DNA of 62,503 bases from a virus. Lineage: Duplodnaviria; Caudoviricetes. Under the pieces are notes generated by a model. That model searched no databases and was not told where the DNA came from. It saw only the letters and a list, made by a program, of their open reading frames with translations. This document shows, piece by piece, positions 35,664-46,145 of the stretch. Position 1 is the stretch's first letter. Each line of letters begins with the position of its first letter. The stretch is taken from the IMG/VR virus record IMGVR_UViG_3300022602_000095, positions 1-62,503 of that record. One strand, 5' to 3'. A program made the position numbers and the translations under genes.

Positions 35664-36043
35664 GAGTTCATTAAGCTTATTTTTTGCGCTGCTGATAGGG
35701 TAGCAAGCTTTTCATTAAAGTATTTCCAAAACGTTTGATTTGCAGGTATTATTTGAATAAGATCGCAAGCTACCATATTAACACATCGATAGTCCTGCAT
35801 AAAGATATCCCATGTTATTATTAAGTCTTTTGAGGTAGGGTCAAATTTCGGTACTCTAGTAGCTCGCTTATAGTTAAGAGCTAGACGACCTTCGGGACTA
35901 TTAAGGAGGGCAAGCGAGTTCGTGCAAAGCATTCTTCTTGTTAAAGAAGAATTTACTTTTGGACGACGACGATTAAACTTAATTTCGACGACGTTGTTTA
36001 GTAGTAGACTTTTTAAGGTTGGCAGCGACGCTTTCATTATCAT
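35660..36043 (-). CDS. SH3/WYL-like small phage protein
   Basis: VEIKF.RR...RRMLCT...ITWDI...YR pattern. Confidence 0.45.
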   Translation of the reverse strand: MIMKASLPTLKSLLLNNVVEIKFNRRRPKVNSSLTRRMLCTNSLALLNSPEGRLALNYKRATRVPKFDPTSKDLIITWDIFMQDYRCVNMVACDLIQIIPANQTFWKYFNEKLATLSAAQKISLMNS

Positions 36044-36446
36044 CTCCTCTTAGTGAGCAAATACCGAAAATACGCTGCTCATTTAAAAATATACCTTTCT
36101 TAAGAGTTCCGTAATTATCAATATCAATATTTGCAACTGGTATACCAAGATTGTTAGGAAAGCAAACATAATCGCCAACCTTTGCATATTTTACATTAGG
36201 TCCCGCTAGAATTACTTCACCAATTCTCCATGCTTTTGTATCAGTATTAACAGGTACATGAAGCCCGTTGCGTATAATACTTGAACCATCTTCTGTCTCA
36301 TCAACAAATGTACAAAGAAGAATATCATCAAGTACTTGTTTTAAGTTATAACCGTAGAATACAGAATTAAATGAATTCTTCGGAAGTGCAGAAAAGTCAA
36401 TTAAGCTTTTCGGTAAAGGACCTAGCATATCAATATCAGCAACCAT
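35979..36446 (-). CDS. GroES-like co-chaperonin (gp31 analogue)
   Basis: GEVILAGPNV...KVGDYV.FP...FLNEQRIFG. Confidence 0.75.
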   Translation of the reverse strand: MVADIDMLGPLPKSLIDFSALPKNSFNSVFYGYNLKQVLDDILLCTFVDETEDGSSIIRNGLHVPVNTDTKAWRIGEVILAGPNVKYAKVGDYVCFPNNLGIPVANIDIDNYGTLKKGIFLNEQRIFGICSLRGDDNESVAANLKKSTTKQRRRN

Positions 36447-36452
36447 ATACGT

Positions 36453-36827
36453 TTAATTAGATAGACTTTCTTTAAATGCAATGTAATGATTAATTTCTCT
36501 TTGAGAAAGTTCTAAATTACTTGCTATCATTTTTATATCATTGTTCTCTTCTTTCTTTTTTTCATCTTTAGTTTTCTTAATATATGAAATACGACGTGAA
36601 GATACCTTAGGCATTACTGCAACAAACAAATTATATAACTCTTTCTTTTCATCAAAGATGCCAAGATACTTGTTTATTATGTTACTAAACGTCGCAACCG
36701 ATGGTGAATACATACTACACCATCGGTTGAGCATAAATGGTGAGAATTCTCCTTCTTCATCGACAGTATTTAAACAAGTTTTCTTTTTAGTAAAGAGAAC
36801 ACTTGATATAAAATCAAATATCGTCAT
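36453..36827 (-). CDS. gp62: clamp loader small subunit
   Basis: IFDFISS, FSPFMLNRWCS, YIKK motifs. Confidence 0.65.
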   Translation of the reverse strand: MTIFDFISSVLFTKKKTCLNTVDEEGEFSPFMLNRWCSMYSPSVATFSNIINKYLGIFDEKKELYNLFVAVMPKVSSRRISYIKKTKDEKKKEENNDIKMIASNLELSQREINHYIAFKESLSN

Positions 36828-37705
36828 ATTGTATATGGATTATAATTGCTATCTATATTGCTATCAATTAAACAGTAATAATTTTTACGGTATTCTCTGT
36901 ATTGTTTAATTTTATTTTGTTTCTGTAATTGTTGCAATATACCCTGTACTTTATATTTTCCATTATTAATATTAAATTGTGTACACAGTTTATTACAAAT
37001 ATCGCGCGCAGTTTGGCTTTTATTCACTGTAATTAAATTTAAAATAATGCTTTCAAAAGAAAAATTAGGTTGAACGTATCGTATATCATTATAGCCAAAG
37101 CTATACATTTTAATTTTATTTTGCTCTATTAGTATTTTAATTCGTTTTTTATAAACAGAGGCGGTACAACTTCTATTAAGAATTTCTGGTATCTCAGCAG
37201 CTTTTACCCATTTGTTTTGTTTGAGATACTTCAAAATCTGCTTATTGTCTTTTTCATATAATTTCAACATGTTATCTGCTCGCGCAGTAACGCGGTTCAA
37301 AATCGTCTGCTGACTTTGCTTATATTCTCCTTTTTTACCTTTATTCCAAGCAGATCTACCCTTTAGACTCTCTGACAGTTTCCTACGTGTATGTTTACCT
37401 AATTTACCGTTTTTACCTCCTTCTCTTATATTACAGTATACAGGATCGACTAGTGCATTACTAGATAAAATCCAGTTTTTTTCGGCAGCATTTAATGCAT
37501 CTACATCATTACAGTATTGTAATATCTTTCTTTTCCAACATCCTCTATATTTCTTATTATAGAATCTTTTTATAAAGATAGCGCCAGACCCAATATAACC
37601 GTCATCGACTGTACCTATATGTTGACCAATATATTTTTTATGTATAATTGCTTTCGGGTGCGTATTTTCCCAGAGATATATAAAACCATAATAATTATCA
37701 CCCAT
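36824..37705 (-). CDS. GIY-YIG (Seg-like) homing endonuclease with NUMOD3 motif
   Basis: GFIYLW...KYIGQH...DGYIGSG; TRRKLSESLKG..AWNKG. Confidence 0.85.
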   Translation of the reverse strand: MGDNYYGFIYLWENTHPKAIIHKKYIGQHIGTVDDGYIGSGAIFIKRFYNKKYRGCWKRKILQYCNDVDALNAAEKNWILSSNALVDPVYCNIREGGKNGKLGKHTRRKLSESLKGRSAWNKGKKGEYKQSQQTILNRVTARADNMLKLYEKDNKQILKYLKQNKWVKAAEIPEILNRSCTASVYKKRIKILIEQNKIKMYSFGYNDIRYVQPNFSFESIILNLITVNKSQTARDICNKLCTQFNINNGKYKVQGILQQLQKQNKIKQYREYRKNYYCLIDSNIDSNYNPYTI

Positions 37706-37732
37706 AATATTATTTATGCTATGGGTGATAAT
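37694..37732 (-). promoter_or_regulatory. 13-bp hairpin sequestering the endonuclease start codon, with a late promoter in the loop
   Basis: ATTATCACCCATA / TATGGGTGATAAT perfect inverted repeat; loop reads GCATAAATAATAT on the minus strand. Confidence 0.85.
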
Positions 37733-37744
37733 ATTTTTATAAAA

Positions 37745-38332
37745 TTATGCTATTGTAATCTTACAGGACGCAAGAAAGATATCTTCAACCATTCCATAAA
37801 AGACTTCAATAACGTCTTTCATAAACTGCTCTGTCTCGGAATCACCGAGTTTAGTTGAGAAAGCAAATGCCGGTGCTTTCTTACCTGCTTCGATATTAAT
37901 GCCAGTGTGACCAAGAGCTACATTATTTTTTGAATACGTAATACTCACACTACACTTACCTTTCATTTGTGTTACACCACCTTGATTGTGCTCTTTATGT
38001 ACCATAAGATCATCACCATCTACCTCAATCGGAGCTTTAAGATACTTAGCACTAAGGATATTGGCAATCTGTGTATTAAGAAGTCGTTGGAACGCGACAG
38101 CGCCGAAAGGATCTAAGTTAGGAATCTCCCAGCAAAAGTTAATAGCATCATCACTATAGATATAGTCAGCATTCAGAATATCTTCATTATCAATCATTCC
38201 TTCAGCTTCTACTTTCATAGGGGCTCGAAATGCTACAATATTTCCAATTGGAAGGGTATTTTTACGAAAATGCTTATAAGCAAAGCGTGAGTGAATGAGG
38301 TCGCCGTCGTAGATAGGTACATTAATAATCAT
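37745..38332 (-). CDS. DUF366-like protein (BPL/LplA-like fold)
   Basis: YDG, IVAFRAP, MID.ED, FQRL, DGDDL, SVSI and HTGINI motifs. Confidence 0.7.
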   Translation of the reverse strand: MIINVPIYDGDLIHSRFAYKHFRKNTLPIGNIVAFRAPMKVEAEGMIDNEDILNADYIYSDDAINFCWEIPNLDPFGAVAFQRLLNTQIANILSAKYLKAPIEVDGDDLMVHKEHNQGGVTQMKGKCSVSITYSKNNVALGHTGINIEAGKKAPAFAFSTKLGDSETEQFMKDVIEVFYGMVEDIFLASCKITIA

Positions 38333-38390
38333 ACTATGATTGTATAATGTATGATTGTATTATTCAAGTTTGATTTTTACTTTTTAAATA

Positions 38391-39011
38391 TTATTTTTTT
38401 GAATAAAAAGCGTCACAAGCGACTTTTGTAATAAACTTATAGCCATGCTTTATTAAAAGCTCATCTATTAAATCAGGCTCATAATTAATTTCAACGCTTA
38501 TCAGATCAATTTCTGTTTTATCAAAATCAACACTTCTTAAAATCGGTAACTCTGAACCTTCTGTATCGATTGACAAATAATCAATTTTTGTGATTTTTTC
38601 ATCATTAAGAATTTGTTGCAATGTTTTACACTTTACTTTAACTGTTGAGGATGTACCACCATACCGCAAGTGCTCGGCGTTAACTCTTTCTCTATGTCTA
38701 GGATCATAATTATCAACAAGCCCGCTTAACATATTAGCTTCCCACGAACCTTCGATAGTTAAAAAATCTAATTCACCTTCTTTATCAGAGATTGCGTATT
38801 CAAGACAGGTACAGCCTCTATTGGCTTGAAGTTGCTTAAACATCGTTGGATGTGCTTCAATACATACACCTTTCCAATTATACTGTTTTTCGAGTATAAT
38901 AGTATTAGACCGTGTTACACCATCGTTGGCGCCAATATCTACATAAAAGAGATTACTTTGATCTTGTATATTTGAAAAATATGAGACTGTGAATTCAGGA
39001 GGTTGCTGCAT
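38391..39011 (-). CDS. FkbM-family methyltransferase
   Basis: VDIGANDG..SNT, W.G.CIE, IDYLSIDTEGSE. Confidence 0.9.
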   Translation of the reverse strand: MQQPPEFTVSYFSNIQDQSNLFYVDIGANDGVTRSNTIILEKQYNWKGVCIEAHPTMFKQLQANRGCTCLEYAISDKEGELDFLTIEGSWEANMLSGLVDNYDPRHRERVNAEHLRYGGTSSTVKVKCKTLQQILNDEKITKIDYLSIDTEGSELPILRSVDFDKTEIDLISVEINYEPDLIDELLIKHGYKFITKVACDAFYSKK

Positions 39012-39033
39012 AATATATCTAGTTTAGTATATA

Positions 39034-39879
39034 TTATATATCAAAATGCTTTTTTAATTGCAAAGTATTAAAATAATCTTCAAGGTATATTTCTGCCCCT
39101 TGTGGATTGAATAAGAGAGATTCTTGTGTAATATCACTAAACTCTATAAAATTAATCGATTGACTCAATTCTGGGTACAGGTAAGTCATTTCCTGAGTTA
39201 TTTGCTGTATCGGTATACAGCCGAGTTTTAATGCCTCATAAAAACGTAAGTTTAAAAACTTACCAGTACCGAGTGGGTTCAGTATAAATTTATATTGATT
39301 TAATTTTGTTAAAAATTCATTATAGGTATATCTGCGATCTGACACAATAATATCTATAGGTAAGTCTGAACTACGTGCACTTTCTAATACTTGTCTACGT
39401 GTAGGATAATATTCGTTTACCTGACCGATGAATAATATTCTATCTAATTTTTCTACATTTGCAGCTTGTAAATAGGTATCCTTCGAAAGAAATTGTTTGT
39501 TTATTGCGGTATGACCTAAAATTGCAGCGTCATCTATATCACTTACTAGTTGTACGAGATTATTAATCGATTCAAGTTTTCGCTGATGATCGGCGTTCCA
39601 TGGAAAACTTGAACTAAAGATTTTCTCAAAATTAAATACTAATGTTTTAATATTCAGATTATTAAGTTGATTTATAAATGCATCGTTCTTCCAAATCGCT
39701 ACACAAGGTATGTGATGTTCATCAACAATAATTAAATGTGTTATATCGTTAAGATCATTTATAGAAGTTACATTTTTTATAAATTCTCTTCCAAGATAAT
39801 TATATAATGCTAGTCTAAAATTATTAAAAAGACTATGCCCGACAATTTCAATATCATCAACGCATAAAAGACCGTACAT
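39034..39879 (-). CDS. GT-B glycosyltransferase-like protein
   Basis: ILFIGQ, KFILNP.G..LNLRFYEAL..GCIPI. Confidence 0.7.
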   Translation of the reverse strand: MYGLLCVDDIEIVGHSLFNNFRLALYNYLGREFIKNVTSINDLNDITHLIIVDEHHIPCVAIWKNDAFINQLNNLNIKTLVFNFEKIFSSSFPWNADHQRKLESINNLVQLVSDIDDAAILGHTAINKQFLSKDTYLQAANVEKLDRILFIGQVNEYYPTRRQVLESARSSDLPIDIIVSDRRYTYNEFLTKLNQYKFILNPLGTGKFLNLRFYEALKLGCIPIQQITQEMTYLYPELSQSINFIEFSDITQESLLFNPQGAEIYLEDYFNTLQLKKHFDI

Positions 39880-39882
39880 ATA

Positions 39883-40584
39883 TTATTTTTGTAGTAGTAT
39901 CCATGTTATAACAGGGTTATGAATTTCATTAATTCCAGGATTTGATAATTGATTATAGTCGGACCATCCCGGGTTACGCGTCCACAATTTGACAAGGTAT
40001 TCTGCATTACCCCACTGACCTGCCTCACATATTTTGAAACCTGCTTGATAAGATACTGCAACTAATCCCATAGGAGTAAATCCGGTAAAGTGATGAAACG
40101 GTTCACTATGAGGAGCGTTACACGCCGGGACGTTAATATAAAGATAACCACCTTCTTTCATATGGTTGTGGATATTAGTTAGGCATTGATAAGGATTATA
40201 GATATGCTCAAGTGTTTGGTGTAGACAAACAAAATCATAATCTGTACGAGGAAGCTTTAACTGGTGTAAATCATAATTAACAGTATCAGCCATATAATCG
40301 AAATTATGTAACGTCTTAATTCTATTACCTAGATACTCAATCTCTGGATCATCTTCACCATTAAAGATTAATAAATCATTAATTTGAAAATTATATTTTT
40401 CAATATATCTTTCAAATTCTAAAAGCGAGATAACGCGTGGAAAATCTTTTCCATCCCATTTCCATTTTTTATTGTTCTTATGTATAGGTAGAGGATTATA
40501 TCTATTTGTAAAGTCTGATGTGTAATTAACTTTTACAAATTGCTCATATAACTCAACGATCTTGTCATGTGATAGTACCAACAT
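39883..40584 (-). CDS. class I SAM-dependent methyltransferase-like protein
   Basis: YDFV...QTLEHIYNP...MKEGGYLYI.VP. Confidence 0.75.
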   Translation of the reverse strand: MLVLSHDKIVELYEQFVKVNYTSDFTNRYNPLPIHKNNKKWKWDGKDFPRVISLLEFERYIEKYNFQINDLLIFNGEDDPEIEYLGNRIKTLHNFDYMADTVNYDLHQLKLPRTDYDFVCLHQTLEHIYNPYQCLTNIHNHMKEGGYLYINVPACNAPHSEPFHHFTGFTPMGLVAVSYQAGFKICEAGQWGNAEYLVKLWTRNPGWSDYNQLSNPGINEIHNPVITWILLQK

Positions 40585-40594
40585 TAGTTTTATT

Positions 40595-41446
40595 TTATAT
40601 CAAGCTCTTCCAATAATCTAGGTGTAATTGTTGAATATCTGCTACATTAAACTGCTTTAAATTTGCGAGTAGAAAATCCTCTGTTACGGTATTCCAATCA
40701 TCAATAAACAAAATTGGTAAGTCACTATACTGATTAAAACACGGGTGTCGTTTTACAACTGGTATAGTTTTAAAATACAAACATTCCCAAACTCGATGAC
40801 AATCGACGCCGTTACCAGGTGGACTAATAACAAACATACTTTGAGCTAGTTTTACGAAGTAATCTTGCTGGTTACAGTGAGGTGACATTAGTATATTGTT
40901 TTTTGTCGTAATTTGATCAATCATTGATCGTTCAGAAAAATTTGTATTAATATCAAAATTTTTGAAAACAAGAATCTCTTTGTTGATATTTGTTTCCATA
41001 ATATGCTTTATTAGTGTAACGTTTCCGTGCGGGTATTGTTGATTACCAAGACCAATCGGTAAAGATATTAACTTCTCATGTATAAAGTACACATTTTGAC
41101 TAAACCACTTTATTACCCTATCATCATTTAAAAAGCTTAGATGCCTCTCTGCAAATCCAAGATCTGAATTATGTGATATAAAGATATATTGTCCCTTTAA
41201 CAACGGAAAGATGGTATTAAAAAATTTATCTAACGTCCATGTATTGACAAATATCTTTTTAATATTTGACATATCTGGTAATACTGTAGTATTACTATCG
41301 TAATAAAAAACATTATAATTATTATTACGCTGCTGATCTCTTACAAAGCCGCATTCACTTTCACCGTTATTATTACCAATAGGTATAAAGCTAATGTCAG
41401 CTAAAGCTTGAAACCTCTCACCGGATATAAAATTTTCTACATCCAT
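40595..41446 (-). CDS. exostosin/GT47-like glycosyltransferase
   Basis: SHNSD, LPIGLGN, FVISPPGNGVDCHRVWECL. Confidence 0.75.
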   Translation of the reverse strand: MDVENFISGERFQALADISFIPIGNNNGESECGFVRDQQRNNNYNVFYYDSNTTVLPDMSNIKKIFVNTWTLDKFFNTIFPLLKGQYIFISHNSDLGFAERHLSFLNDDRVIKWFSQNVYFIHEKLISLPIGLGNQQYPHGNVTLIKHIMETNINKEILVFKNFDINTNFSERSMIDQITTKNNILMSPHCNQQDYFVKLAQSMFVISPPGNGVDCHRVWECLYFKTIPVVKRHPCFNQYSDLPILFIDDWNTVTEDFLLANLKQFNVADIQQLHLDYWKSLI

Positions 41447-42201
41447 GATGAGTGCCATAGATGTACACAGATACTTTCATTTTCTATGTAATTATTATAT
41501 GATGAGCCTTTTATCTGATCACGAGCAAAATTTGGATATGCATAAAAGAATGAAACTGGTAATGCAACAATTGCTTCCACATTTTTATATTCGTTAAAAA
41601 ATTTATTACCCATGTACCAAGGCCCTGTTGTATTAAACACATGCTCACATTGTCTGCTATCTTGAATATTAGACATGACAATATCGTTAAGCGATTTAAT
41701 GAGAGCGTTATCCCTTGTACTACCTATCAAACCATTAAACATTGTAGGTTCACTATCATAAGCAATACCTGTAAAAAAATCTAAATGTAATAGTGATTCA
41801 AATGACTTAACACCAACAAAATCTGTATCGAGATAAATACCACCAAACTGCTCAAGTAAGGCGTATCTTAAAATATCTGATTTTTGTCCAAAGTTAGTAC
41901 ATTTATCAAATATTTCTTTATTTTTAAATTTAAGTGTTTGAACATCCTTATCAGTCCATAGTATATGTTTAAAGGACGGATTAGTTGCTTTAATAGACTC
42001 AACTAATTCTACTATCACCGGAGGTGGTGTACTACCGAGCCATACTTGGTGTATTATCTTCGGTATCTTTTGTATACCTGTATCGTGGTCGCAGTTATAT
42101 AAATTTTCAAGAATATTCCATTTTTCTTTTTCTTTTAAAGATGTATAACCACTACTATTTTTCATAGCTTGTGAAAATGAAACGTTGTTAAATTTTGTCA
42201 T
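41437..42201 (-). CDS. GT32 (DXD) glycosyltransferase
   Basis: IPKIIHQVWLG, KSDILRY..L..FGGIYLDTD, HLWHSSW. Confidence 0.9.
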   Translation of the reverse strand: MTKFNNVSFSQAMKNSSGYTSLKEKEKWNILENLYNCDHDTGIQKIPKIIHQVWLGSTPPPVIVELVESIKATNPSFKHILWTDKDVQTLKFKNKEIFDKCTNFGQKSDILRYALLEQFGGIYLDTDFVGVKSFESLLHLDFFTGIAYDSEPTMFNGLIGSTRDNALIKSLNDIVMSNIQDSRQCEHVFNTTGPWYMGNKFFNEYKNVEAIVALPVSFFYAYPNFARDQIKGSSYNNYIENESICVHLWHSSWM

Positions 42202-42211
42202 AAATATAAAA

Positions 42212-43060
42212 TTACTTTGTCTGTAATATTCTCAATATTTGCTTAGATACAGCATTAAGTGTAAAGTAATTATTGTAAATGGATTTACCTACTTCGAGCA
42301 TTTGTTGTATCTGGTTATTATTAATACCTTTGATAATAGTTTTAATATTAGAGAGTTCTGATATATGTATTAGAACACTAAACTCACTCCAGTTAATCTC
42401 GTCACTAAACGGAAACCATTCTTTATCATATATTATAATAGGTATGGATCCAAGCTGCATAACTTCATATAATCTAAAACTCTGAGCACCATATCCACGT
42501 GGGCAAAGTGTGAATATAGACTGTTTTGTAATATTAATAAATTCTTTTAATCGTGAAGGTTGTACTTGACTTGTCCAATTTTGTGGTGAAAAGTATATAT
42601 CCTTATCATCTTTAAGTTGATGGTATATTTGCTCTCGTAAAGAACCGGGAATTACCGAACCTACAAATGAACATAAAATATTTTTTTCATGTGTAATCTC
42701 CTGCTCATTTAACCTCGAACATACAAGAGGAATAGGTATGCCGTTTTTATTACCACCAGCTTCAAAGCTTATTGTACCTTCTGGTAAACGTTCTGTTACG
42801 GCATCATCGTGTTGTGAAACAGTAAAATACTTTGCTGATGGTAATGCGTTTAGATAATGCTGTATAAGATGTCTATTTTCATTATTATTATAAACATTAG
42901 TCCAAAAAATTGGTATATATGTGTATCCTGTTTTATCAAACTCTTGCTTTTGCTTAATATAAAACTTATAGAAATATTCTTCAAGATAATCACCTACGTG
43001 GTATGGTGGATATACCGGGTATTTTGCTTGTGGTCGTAGTAGTTTGAAATCGTAAACCAT
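42212..43060 (-). CDS. exostosin/GT47-like glycosyltransferase
   Basis: SFVGS, FTLCPRGYG..SFRLYE.M..GSIPI; start moved to MVYDF, 6 nt after TATAAT. Confidence 0.85.
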   Translation of the reverse strand: MVYDFKLLRPQAKYPVYPPYHVGDYLEEYFYKFYIKQKQEFDKTGYTYIPIFWTNVYNNNENRHLIQHYLNALPSAKYFTVSQHDDAVTERLPEGTISFEAGGNKNGIPIPLVCSRLNEQEITHEKNILCSFVGSVIPGSLREQIYHQLKDDKDIYFSPQNWTSQVQPSRLKEFINITKQSIFTLCPRGYGAQSFRLYEVMQLGSIPIIIYDKEWFPFSDEINWSEFSVLIHISELSNIKTIIKGINNNQIQQMLEVGKSIYNNYFTLNAVSKQILRILQTK

Positions 43061-43067
43061 TGTGGTA

Positions 43068-43829
43068 TTATAATATAAATTTTTCTGAAAAGCCAAAGTT
43101 AAAATATAAGTCAACATCTTTCGACGAAGGTTCAATAAACCATAGTCCTCGTTCTCTACTAAATGGAAATATTATTCGCTTATGATCACCAAGAAACGCT
43201 GCCATCCACGAGTATGAAGATTGTGATATAGCAATGTTTTCGCTTTCTAATAATGTTTTAAAGTCGTACATTCCCCTATCATCGCAAGTATGTTCAAATT
43301 TACTCACATACCCTTCAGAATTTAGCTTACAACCTTCACTCAATAAACGCTGCACGGTTTCACAGTTTGAATTATCCGTTACTATAATAATATCACTATA
43401 ATTAGTACTTTTTATTAAATTCAAATAGAATTCATAACCTAAGAAAGCATTAATTTGTGTGTAGTCTGTTTCGCGTATATGTACGATTAATTTATTCGTA
43501 TTTTGGATAGTGCTTGGTCTTACGAATAAGTTACGTAACACATCTCTATATTCAATATAATACTCCGCACGTTGAAGAAAGCTGTTTATTACTATATCAC
43601 GATCTGTTTCTAGAAGTTCATTAAGATCAACATAATTATCACCGTAGTTTTTAGTATAGATGGGATTTATAGGCTGTAGAGTGGTTGTCTTACCTATAAT
43701 ATTAAAATTCGGTATATCATCAGAATATACTTCACAGTTTTTTAATGTTGCTAAGATATGACCGAACGCATATTGAAACATTCTATTTCCCATTCTTCCC
43801 CATTGATCATATTGAATGAATATACTCAT
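43068..43829 (-). CDS. GT11 alpha-1,2-fucosyltransferase-like protein
   Basis: GRMGNRMFQYA, HIRETDY, SSYSWMAAFL. Confidence 0.85.
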   Translation of the reverse strand: MSIFIQYDQWGRMGNRMFQYAFGHILATLKNCEVYSDDIPNFNIIGKTTTLQPINPIYTKNYGDNYVDLNELLETDRDIVINSFLQRAEYYIEYRDVLRNLFVRPSTIQNTNKLIVHIRETDYTQINAFLGYEFYLNLIKSTNYSDIIIVTDNSNCETVQRLLSEGCKLNSEGYVSKFEHTCDDRGMYDFKTLLESENIAISQSSYSWMAAFLGDHKRIIFPFSRERGLWFIEPSSKDVDLYFNFGFSEKFIL

Positions 43830-44740
43830 TGAGTGTATTTTAACAACAAATATCTAGTAAAGCCAGGAGGGCAAATAAACTGCTCGTATGTTTGCCTTAT
43901 TCTACTCTGCATTGATATATATTCATTGTATGAAATTTTATTCCAAAAATTATTAATACTGTTATTAATGTCTTCAATATTTTTAACTCGGATGCAAATT
44001 GAATCCCAATCAATCATATCCTCGCACGGTAATACGATATCTGTGTCTACAATGACTGGTACACGACCTAGAGATATTGTTTCATACAAACGATAAGAAA
44101 AATTACCTGCACCTCTACAACATAATACAAGATCGCTTGTATTAATATTGTCAATATAATCCTCGCGTAACTGTAGATCGTGTATACGACCTCCCCAAAA
44201 ATTATTTCTTATTATAAAACTCGTTTCAATATCGGAATTTTTTTTAAGTTGTGTTATAGCTTTCTGTCGTATATGATGTGTAAAAGCTCCACAAAAACTT
44301 ACTGTAGGTTTAATATTTTTTGGTCTCAAAGATAGTCTCTCCTGTGTACCAAAATCTTCACTCCAAGCAGGAAATGAATATTCGTTATCTTTTTGTTTGC
44401 TCTTATAAAGAGATGTACGATATAAATTTACACACTTCGGAAGCGCTGCCGGTCTATCATTATCATCGTTATAAAAAGCCAAGATCGGCTTGTTATATTG
44501 ATTTGCCAATTGAATAGTATTACTAATATCAGTATCGAGTTTATTATGATAAACTAAAACATCAGCATCTTCAATATCTGCTTCTTGTATAAAGAATGAA
44601 ATCGATTGTATCCAATATTCAGCATTTTTAAAATCTTTATTTTCTTTAATAATACGTTTATCAAAAAACGGTGTTAATAAAAATTGCTCAGAAACAAAAG
44701 AAGAAAAGTCAAGATTTGATCTATCGAACCAGATTTTCAT
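43826..44740 (-). CDS. exostosin/GT47-like glycosyltransferase
   Basis: VSFCG, LCCRGAGNFSYRLYETISLGRVPV. Confidence 0.85.
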   Translation of the reverse strand: MKIWFDRSNLDFSSFVSEQFLLTPFFDKRIIKENKDFKNAEYWIQSISFFIQEADIEDADVLVYHNKLDTDISNTIQLANQYNKPILAFYNDDNDRPAALPKCVNLYRTSLYKSKQKDNEYSFPAWSEDFGTQERLSLRPKNIKPTVSFCGAFTHHIRQKAITQLKKNSDIETSFIIRNNFWGGRIHDLQLREDYIDNINTSDLVLCCRGAGNFSYRLYETISLGRVPVIVDTDIVLPCEDMIDWDSICIRVKNIEDINNSINNFWNKISYNEYISMQSRIRQTYEQFICPPGFTRYLLLKYTQ

Positions 44741-45387
44741 ATACTATCTTTAATAAGCTGCATTAACTTAAGTTTATTCGATGTACCCTTTACATAATTA
44801 GCATGATGTAGAATTATATTTGAAGGTGGTACGATAGGTGTTACATTATCCCATATATGTGTCCCATCATTATTGTTAAAAAAATTACCTATTGTAAAAT
44901 ATTTTTCTTTATCAAGTAGTTTGTATTTAACAATATTTTTATATTCATTCATTGCGACTTGATCGTTCACAAGATATCTAAAGTTTTGTTTTATCTTTTT
45001 AAATAACTGTTGTGTATTATCGTTGCTTTTACATGCAAAAAAACCAGCACATAATGAATCACAGTCATTCTGACATACTAAATCTACATCATTGAGCTCT
45101 AATTTTATATCTTCTAAGAAAGGTTTAAAGAATTGTATGTCACAATCTGCAAAAATAAACCAATTATTTTTATTTTCCTCTAACGCTAATAATATAATAT
45201 CGAGCTTGATATCCATTGACTCAAGCCAACCCTGTGACATGAACAATCCATCTTTTGTTGTTTGTTTATGATACGCACCTCTTATACCGATATCATCTTC
45301 ACTGTAAATTTTACGAAGTGATGATTTGAAATACTCATCATACATCACTTTGTGACTATCACTATAGTGAGTATATATCTTAATCAT
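44737..45387 (-). CDS. nucleotide-diphospho-sugar transferase (GT77-like)
   Basis: FIFADCDI, CAGFF, NDQ, HHANY. Confidence 0.8.
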   Translation of the reverse strand: MIKIYTHYSDSHKVMYDEYFKSSLRKIYSEDDIGIRGAYHKQTTKDGLFMSQGWLESMDIKLDIILLALEENKNNWFIFADCDIQFFKPFLEDIKLELNDVDLVCQNDCDSLCAGFFACKSNDNTQQLFKKIKQNFRYLVNDQVAMNEYKNIVKYKLLDKEKYFTIGNFFNNNDGTHIWDNVTPIVPPSNIILHHANYVKGTSNKLKLMQLIKDSI

Positions 45388-46145
45388 TAGTCTAAAGCTA
45401 TTGTACTACCTTGTGTATCAACGACACTCCAATTAGGTTTCACATTTAGATAAGCTGCAAGCAATTTAACATCTTTGATACGCTCATCAACAAGATCAAA
45501 CCAAAGCTTGTCACTAATTTTATTAACGTCGGCGACTGCCATTCTTTCAGCAGTATTATCACGCTTATCCTTACCAAGAACCCAATGACGATGTTCGATC
45601 ATAATATCACCGCGATATACTAATCGATCGAATGCACTGAATACCTGGTGCAGCCATTGATCTACCCAATTAATCTTAAATTCTTCGCGCATAAAGCGAC
45701 CGAGAACCTCAGCATATTTTCTATGACAGAATAGATTTACAGCGAGCTTTGCTCCATGACAATCATCATTACAATGAACGGCTTTGATTTTATCAACCGG
45801 TCCATTTACAGTAAATTCTTTTATTATCTCAAGATCCCAATTTGGTGTACGGAAAACCATATCGTCACCAATCATTGATATGATTTCTTCAGTTGAGTTA
45901 TCAACACATATATTCCACATCTTACCAAGCCCAATAAACTTACCATCATTGTTAATATCAACAATTTTTACACAAGGAATAGCGCTTGCAACTTTATATA
46001 TCATTTCTCGTGTTGGATCATCTTTATCGACACCGAAGTAAATATTGACGTTATTAATATCACTAACTGTAGTAATGATTGATGTGAGAAGAGTTAGTCT
46101 TCTGTTCATTCGTTCTCTAGACGGTACTAGTATTGCAATTTTCAT
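45387..46145 (-). CDS. GT2-like glycosyltransferase
   Basis: IAILVPSRER, IGDDMVF. Confidence 0.75.
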   Translation of the reverse strand: MKIAILVPSRERMNRRLTLLTSIITTVSDINNVNIYFGVDKDDPTREMIYKVASAIPCVKIVDINNDGKFIGLGKMWNICVDNSTEEIISMIGDDMVFRTPNWDLEIIKEFTVNGPVDKIKAVHCNDDCHGAKLAVNLFCHRKYAEVLGRFMREEFKINWVDQWLHQVFSAFDRLVYRGDIMIEHRHWVLGKDKRDNTAERMAVADVNKISDKLWFDLVDERIKDVKLLAAYLNVKPNWSVVDTQGSTIALD

